The position numbers were made by a program, and so were the translations under genes. Below the pieces are notes generated by a model that saw nothing but the letters and a program-made list of their open reading frames with translations, made no database searches and was not told the origin of the DNA. From positions 5,816 through 69,815 of the IMG/VR virus record IMGVR_UViG_3300042010_000012: DNA of 64,000 nt; one strand, 5' to 3'. Positions 62,188-64,000 of the stretch are shown here, in pieces (positions within the stretch are counted from its first letter, which is position 1; every line of letters starts with the position of its first letter). This stretch comes from a virus.

Positions 62188-64000
62188 TTAGGCCTCCGTG
62201 AGCCACAGTTTACGCTGGTCGGCCTTTGACTTATCGAATGCGGTATCGAGTGCATCAACATCAGTCTGATCTTCAATCGTGATCTGCACCAGATACTTCG
62301 ACTCATCGTTCAGGAAGCGTTTGAAGTCTTTGGTATCATAACCACCGAGTCCTTTATAGAACTTGTGCTTATGATTTGGATTGTTTACTGCCCAGGCACT
62401 ATACGCATTGACATTGAAGAACTCAAATGTTTGCTTGCCTGCTGTAGCGATGATTAACGGCGTGTTCATTCGATAGATCGCACCGAGCTTAAACAACTCA
62501 GGCCAGAACTGGTGGATCATGTTGAAGAACAAACCTGCAATGTGGCTACCGTCAGCATCGGCGTCGGTCAGTTGAACAATCCTGTTGAAGCGCAAGTCGG
62601 CCAACGATTCAACCTTCTGTCCGATCTTCAGACCGATGATTGCCATGATGTTCTGGAACTCTTCGGATGCAGCAAGCTTCTTGACTTCAACCTCACGCAC
62701 GTTGAGCAACTTACCACGCATCGGGAACGCACCATGAATATCAGGGTTGCGTGCAGACATGATCGTGTTCTTCGCCGAGTCACCCTCAGTGAAGTAGATC
62801 GCGCACTTGCTCCGATCTTTACTCGCGGCATCATCGAACTTGGCAATGCGCTTGAGGAAGTTCGTGCTTTGTGTAGTCTTGTTCAGGTTGCGCAGTTCAG
62901 CCATATCAGCCCGATGCTTCTCACCTTCAACCCAATCCAGAACCTTCTGCACGACAGCCGACTCAAGAACCTTCTTGATGAACTTGTCGGATGGTACATA
63001 GGATGCGCCGTAGTTGCGCACTTCGGTACTCATGAACTCTTTGGTCTGCGAGGTGAACATCGGCGCGTTGATCGAACACTTCACAAACAGGAACATTTGC
63101 TGCTTGATGATATTCGGCTTGACGTCGACCTTGTGTTTCTTCTTGATGAAGTCACGGATCTTGGTAGCGATCTGCAACGACACGTAATCGATATGCGTCC
63201 CGCCGTTATAGGTATCAAGCCCATTCACGAAAGAGATTTGCTTGAAGCCAGATTCAGGCGCGGCAGCAACAGCAACCTCGAACTTCTCTTGGCTGTCGAT
63301 GATGTGTGCAGGGTTGAATAGGTCAACGTAATCACTGAACGATTTGATCTTGATCAGCTTGTCATTGAAGTGCACTCTGATACCAGGGTTGCAACCAGCA
63401 ATGTCATACGTGCGACGTTCGATCTTGCGTATGTTTACATCGTCAAGCTCGCACTGCAAACGCCCGTAGTCAGGCGTAAACGTGATCGTCGTCCCCTTGT
63501 CAGTGCTTGGGGTGATCAACGCTGTATCGCGCTTAGAGAGATTGTCACGAAACACTTGAATGAAACGATTCTTACCGTCGCATGTGTCAACCTTGAACTC
63601 TTTCGAGAACACGCTGGTCAACTTGCTACCAAGACCGTTCAGACCACCTGTTATACGCACTTCATCGCTGAAGTTCGACCCTGTACGAAACTCGCTGAAG
63701 ATCATTTCAGGGATGTACATGCCGTACTCAGGGTGTTTCGAGACAGGGATACCACCGTCATCGCGAATCGAGATTTCACCAGTCATCGGGTACAGATTGA
63801 CCCAGATGTTTTTGATGTTCCCTGTGCGTATATGTTCATCGGCCGCGTTGGTTGCGATCTCATCGAACATCTTCAACAAGCCCGGATTCCAGGTCAAAGT
63901 CTCTTCGACCATCGAACCGCTTTCTTCCCCTTCACCCAGGACCCATGTGAGTGCTTCAGAGTTTGTGACGCTACCTAGATACATCCCAGGGCGTGCAAGG
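62188..64000 (-). CDS. 39: DNA topoisomerase II large subunit (gp39-like, GyrB-type; probably gp39+gp60 fused), N-terminus beyond window end
   Basis: The reading frame is open to the window edge (…LARPGMYLGS), matching the GyrB/gp39 KRPGMYIGS. ATPase and Toprim motifs are present. The + ORFs 62512..63321 and 63370..63978 are shadows. Confidence 0.85.
   Translation of the reverse strand, partial: LARPGMYLGSVTNSEALTWVLGEGEESGSMVEETLTWNPGLLKMFDEIATNAADEHIRTGNIKNIWVNLYPMTGEISIRDDGGIPVSKHPEYGMYIPEMIFSEFRTGSNFSDEVRITGGLNGLGSKLTSVFSKEFKVDTCDGKNRFIQVFRDNLSKRDTALITPSTDKGTTITFTPDYGRLQCELDDVNIRKIERRTYDIAGCNPGIRVHFNDKLIKIKSFSDYVDLFNPAHIIDSQEKFEVAVAAAPESGFKQISFVNGLDTYNGGTHIDYVSLQIATKIRDFIKKKHKVDVKPNIIKQQMFLFVKCSINAPMFTSQTKEFMSTEVRNYGASYVPSDKFIKKVLESAVVQKVLDWVEGEKHRADMAELRNLNKTTQSTNFLKRIAKFDDAASKDRSKCAIYFTEGDSAKNTIMSARNPDIHGAFPMRGKLLNVREVEVKKLAASEEFQNIMAIIGLKIGQKVESLADLRFNRIVQLTDADADGSHIAGLFFNMIHQFWPELFKLGAIYRMNTPLIIATAGKQTFEFFNVNAYSAWAVNNPNHKHKFYKGLGGYDTKDFKRFLNDESKYLVQITIEDQTDVDALDTAFDKSKADQRKLWLTEA

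Noticed and set aside
62512-63978. 269-aa and 202-aa + strand ORFs
   Set aside because: They are antisense to the gp39 topoisomerase subunit.
1-64000. CRISPR arrays, rRNA genes and IS-type mobile elements
   Set aside because: No regularly spaced direct repeats, no rRNA-like segments, and no transposase-length ORFs with terminal inverted repeats were seen. The only transposase-like feature is the HTH of the 531-aa protein, and it lacks a DDE domain.

Overview
The window is a 64 kb segment of a T4-like (Straboviridae, Tevenvirinae-type) myovirus genome.

Coordinates 1-17211 are a minus-strand late structural block. From the left edge it carries tail sheath gp18 (C-terminus off the edge), terminase large and small subunits, gp15, gp14 and gp13. 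These are followed by a 1639-aa fibrous or giant virion protein and a non-T4 module of lambda-like tail fibres with Tfa chaperones, one fibre having a C1q/TNF-like tip.

Coordinates 17212-17496 are a divergent AT-rich region with a consensus sigma70 promoter. Coordinates 17497-33982 form a plus-strand early block: sliding clamp gp45, clamp loader gp44/62, RegA, Dda, DNA ligase, PhoH, gp59 and gp32, plus kinase, metallophosphatase, HAD phosphatase, NADAR and RyR accessory genes. Inside this block sits an opposite-strand tail-fibre paralogue with its own T4-type late promoter (TATAAATA).

Coordinates 34021-35620 are a minus-strand lysis module (GH19 endolysin, DUF1353) behind a late promoter. 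Coordinates 35689-39576 are plus-strand baseplate genes (tube-like gp48/54, gp29 tape measure).

Coordinates 39593-64000 are a minus-strand early and nucleotide-metabolism block: a DprA/SLOG-like protein, an adjacent NAMPT-like plus PRPP-synthetase-like pair, an SPFH plus NfeD-like pair, and an RNA ligase fused to a tRNA-binding OB domain. It continues with tandem paralogues of a Cys-containing domain, ThyX, NrdC, NrdB, NrdA, a RuvC-like protein, a ClpP-like protein, primase gp61, topoisomerase II gp52 and gp39 (gp39 N-terminus off the right edge).

No tRNA genes, rRNA genes or CRISPR arrays were found. Many coding starts in the ORF track are GTG/TTG; where a better ATG with a ribosome-binding site or an ATGA overlap was visible I adjusted the start.

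Top candidates for novelty are a NARP1-like NAD+ reconstitution pair, a distributed tRNA-repair toolkit, and PeSL-like early promoter plus hairpin cassettes.
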